This document shows positions 62,733 to 64,000 of a DNA stretch of 64,000 nucleotides, one piece after another. This stretch comes from Lingula anatina (Eukaryota > Animalia > Brachiopoda): positions 8,928,001 through 8,992,000 of the forward strand of contig CM120647.1 in NCBI GenBank assembly GCA_051362555.1, written 5' to 3'. The translations under genes and the position numbers were made by a program. Positions within the stretch are counted from its first letter, which is position 1. Every line of letters starts with the position of its first letter. Below the pieces are notes generated by a model, which saw nothing but the letters and a program-made list of their open reading frames with translations, ran no database searches and was not told where the DNA came from.

Positions 62733-63229
62733 GGAGTGTTAAAGATCTTATTTCTGCCTTGTCATTTTATACAGCTAAATTTATTTTATTACAGCATCCT
62801 CGTTACCTACAGCGTTGTGCTCAAGAATTGCAGGGGATTTATTATAATTTAAAAAAATTATAGGGCAAACCCAAGAAATCTGACATATGAAGTGCACGTT
62901 TTGTTAGAATGTTATGTAAACATATGACATTTGAAGTTACCGTCGTCTTGTGTAAGGTTGTTGATGGCGATTCTGATTTAAATGATGACAGTTTGAATTT
63001 TCACCCAAAACGGAATATTGTGTTTGGGATACACTTTGTTAGAATATGTTCACCTTATAATAGAAAACTAGAAGACCATATGCAATAATAATAATAATAA
63101 TTAATATGGTGTTTTGAAGGGATAAATCCCTAAGTTATACAGGTCATCATTTTTGTCTCGTAAAAAAGAAGAAAAATTCTATATATATATATATCTATAT
63201 ATACAGGACTCTCTGTAAGCTGTCCAGAA

Positions 63230-63235
63230 AATAAA
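63230..63235 (+). terminator. Candidate polyadenylation signal for WASHC2 (second candidate at 63696-63701)
   Basis: AATAAA downstream of the stop codon. Not verifiable without transcripts. Confidence 0.25.
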
Positions 63236-64000
63236 CTTATTACATGACAAATGTCTGTTATGTAATACAGGAAACCACCTCATTCATGTAAGCTTCATAT
63301 ATGTCTTTATATACTTTGATTTTCTGCCTACCCATACTGTTGCCATGTGATGCATTTGTTTTTAACAACCTTACTGCCCAACTGCATTTTTGTTTTACTT
63401 CAAATGTAACAGGGGATGTTGGCAAAAAGGCAGTTTGAGTTCAATGATGGGCAAATATAATTGGACAAATATTTTCTTTACTAAAGTTATTTTTGTGATA
63501 TTATAGAAATAATGACCAAAGAATTATTTTTTTTTTAATTACTAGGGAGCTGAAGGCTGGACAGCGTGTAAGGGATCTCTAGTCCCTTTTGCTTTAATTT
63601 TAATCAAATTAAGCATAAGCGTTGAAGATTTTCTGGTTTTAAAAGTAAGTGTTTTGCACATTTCGTGGTGTTTTTCAATCGAGTTTCTTGGTACAAATAA
63701 ACTGAAAGTGCAGGAAATCGTGGATATTTTGCATTAGTATTTTACCAAGTGGCACCCAAGCTTCATTTGCTTCAGGACCCCATGGGAATTTGAGGCATGG
63801 GAGAGACTACTGGGACTCTTTTAATCATGTCATCTATGCCCTTTCTAAACCACTTCAAGATAAAACATAAGACACGTAGTTTAGATGATAGTTTATTCAA
63901 TAACTAGAGGAACTAGAAAGGCATTTGTTACACTTCAGAGAGAGTCTGAATTTAAAACATATCAATATTTTTGTCTTACATCCACACCTTGTACAGATAA

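Noticed and set aside
62643-62852. Poly-proline ORF after WASHC2
   Set aside because: It arises from a mononucleotide C run in the 3' region and has a non-ATG start.

Overview
AT-rich, intron-rich animal genomic DNA, probably an invertebrate (lophotrochozoan-like; an inference from repeat content). The right half (33971-62042, + strand) is a complete WASHC2/FAM21 gene: about 33 coding exons and about 1573 aa by manual splicing. Its long intron appears to hide an alternative internal start that would give a headless isoform. The left half (1-~32756) is a ~13-kb tandem segmental duplication. Each unit alternates two minus-strand transcription units. (i) An intact 5-exon gene for a 211-aa secreted 12-Cys protein, present in 2 diverging copies. 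(ii) A TDP-43 (TARDBP)-derived unit, present in 3 copies. It has a canonical TATA+Inr promoter, then a variable-length array of repeated exon/69-nt-intron modules with internal 52-bp repeats. The array splices in phase to an exon equivalent to TARDBP exon 3 (NLS + start of RRM1) and then to two further exons. The repeated exon looks like a decayed, amplified copy of the TDP-43 N-terminal-domain exon. This possible repeat-rich lncRNA or variable chimeric gene born from TDP-43 is the main candidate for an undescribed system. Several MITE/Helentron-type insertions and microsatellites are also present. All gene models were read by eye, with no database searches or expression data.
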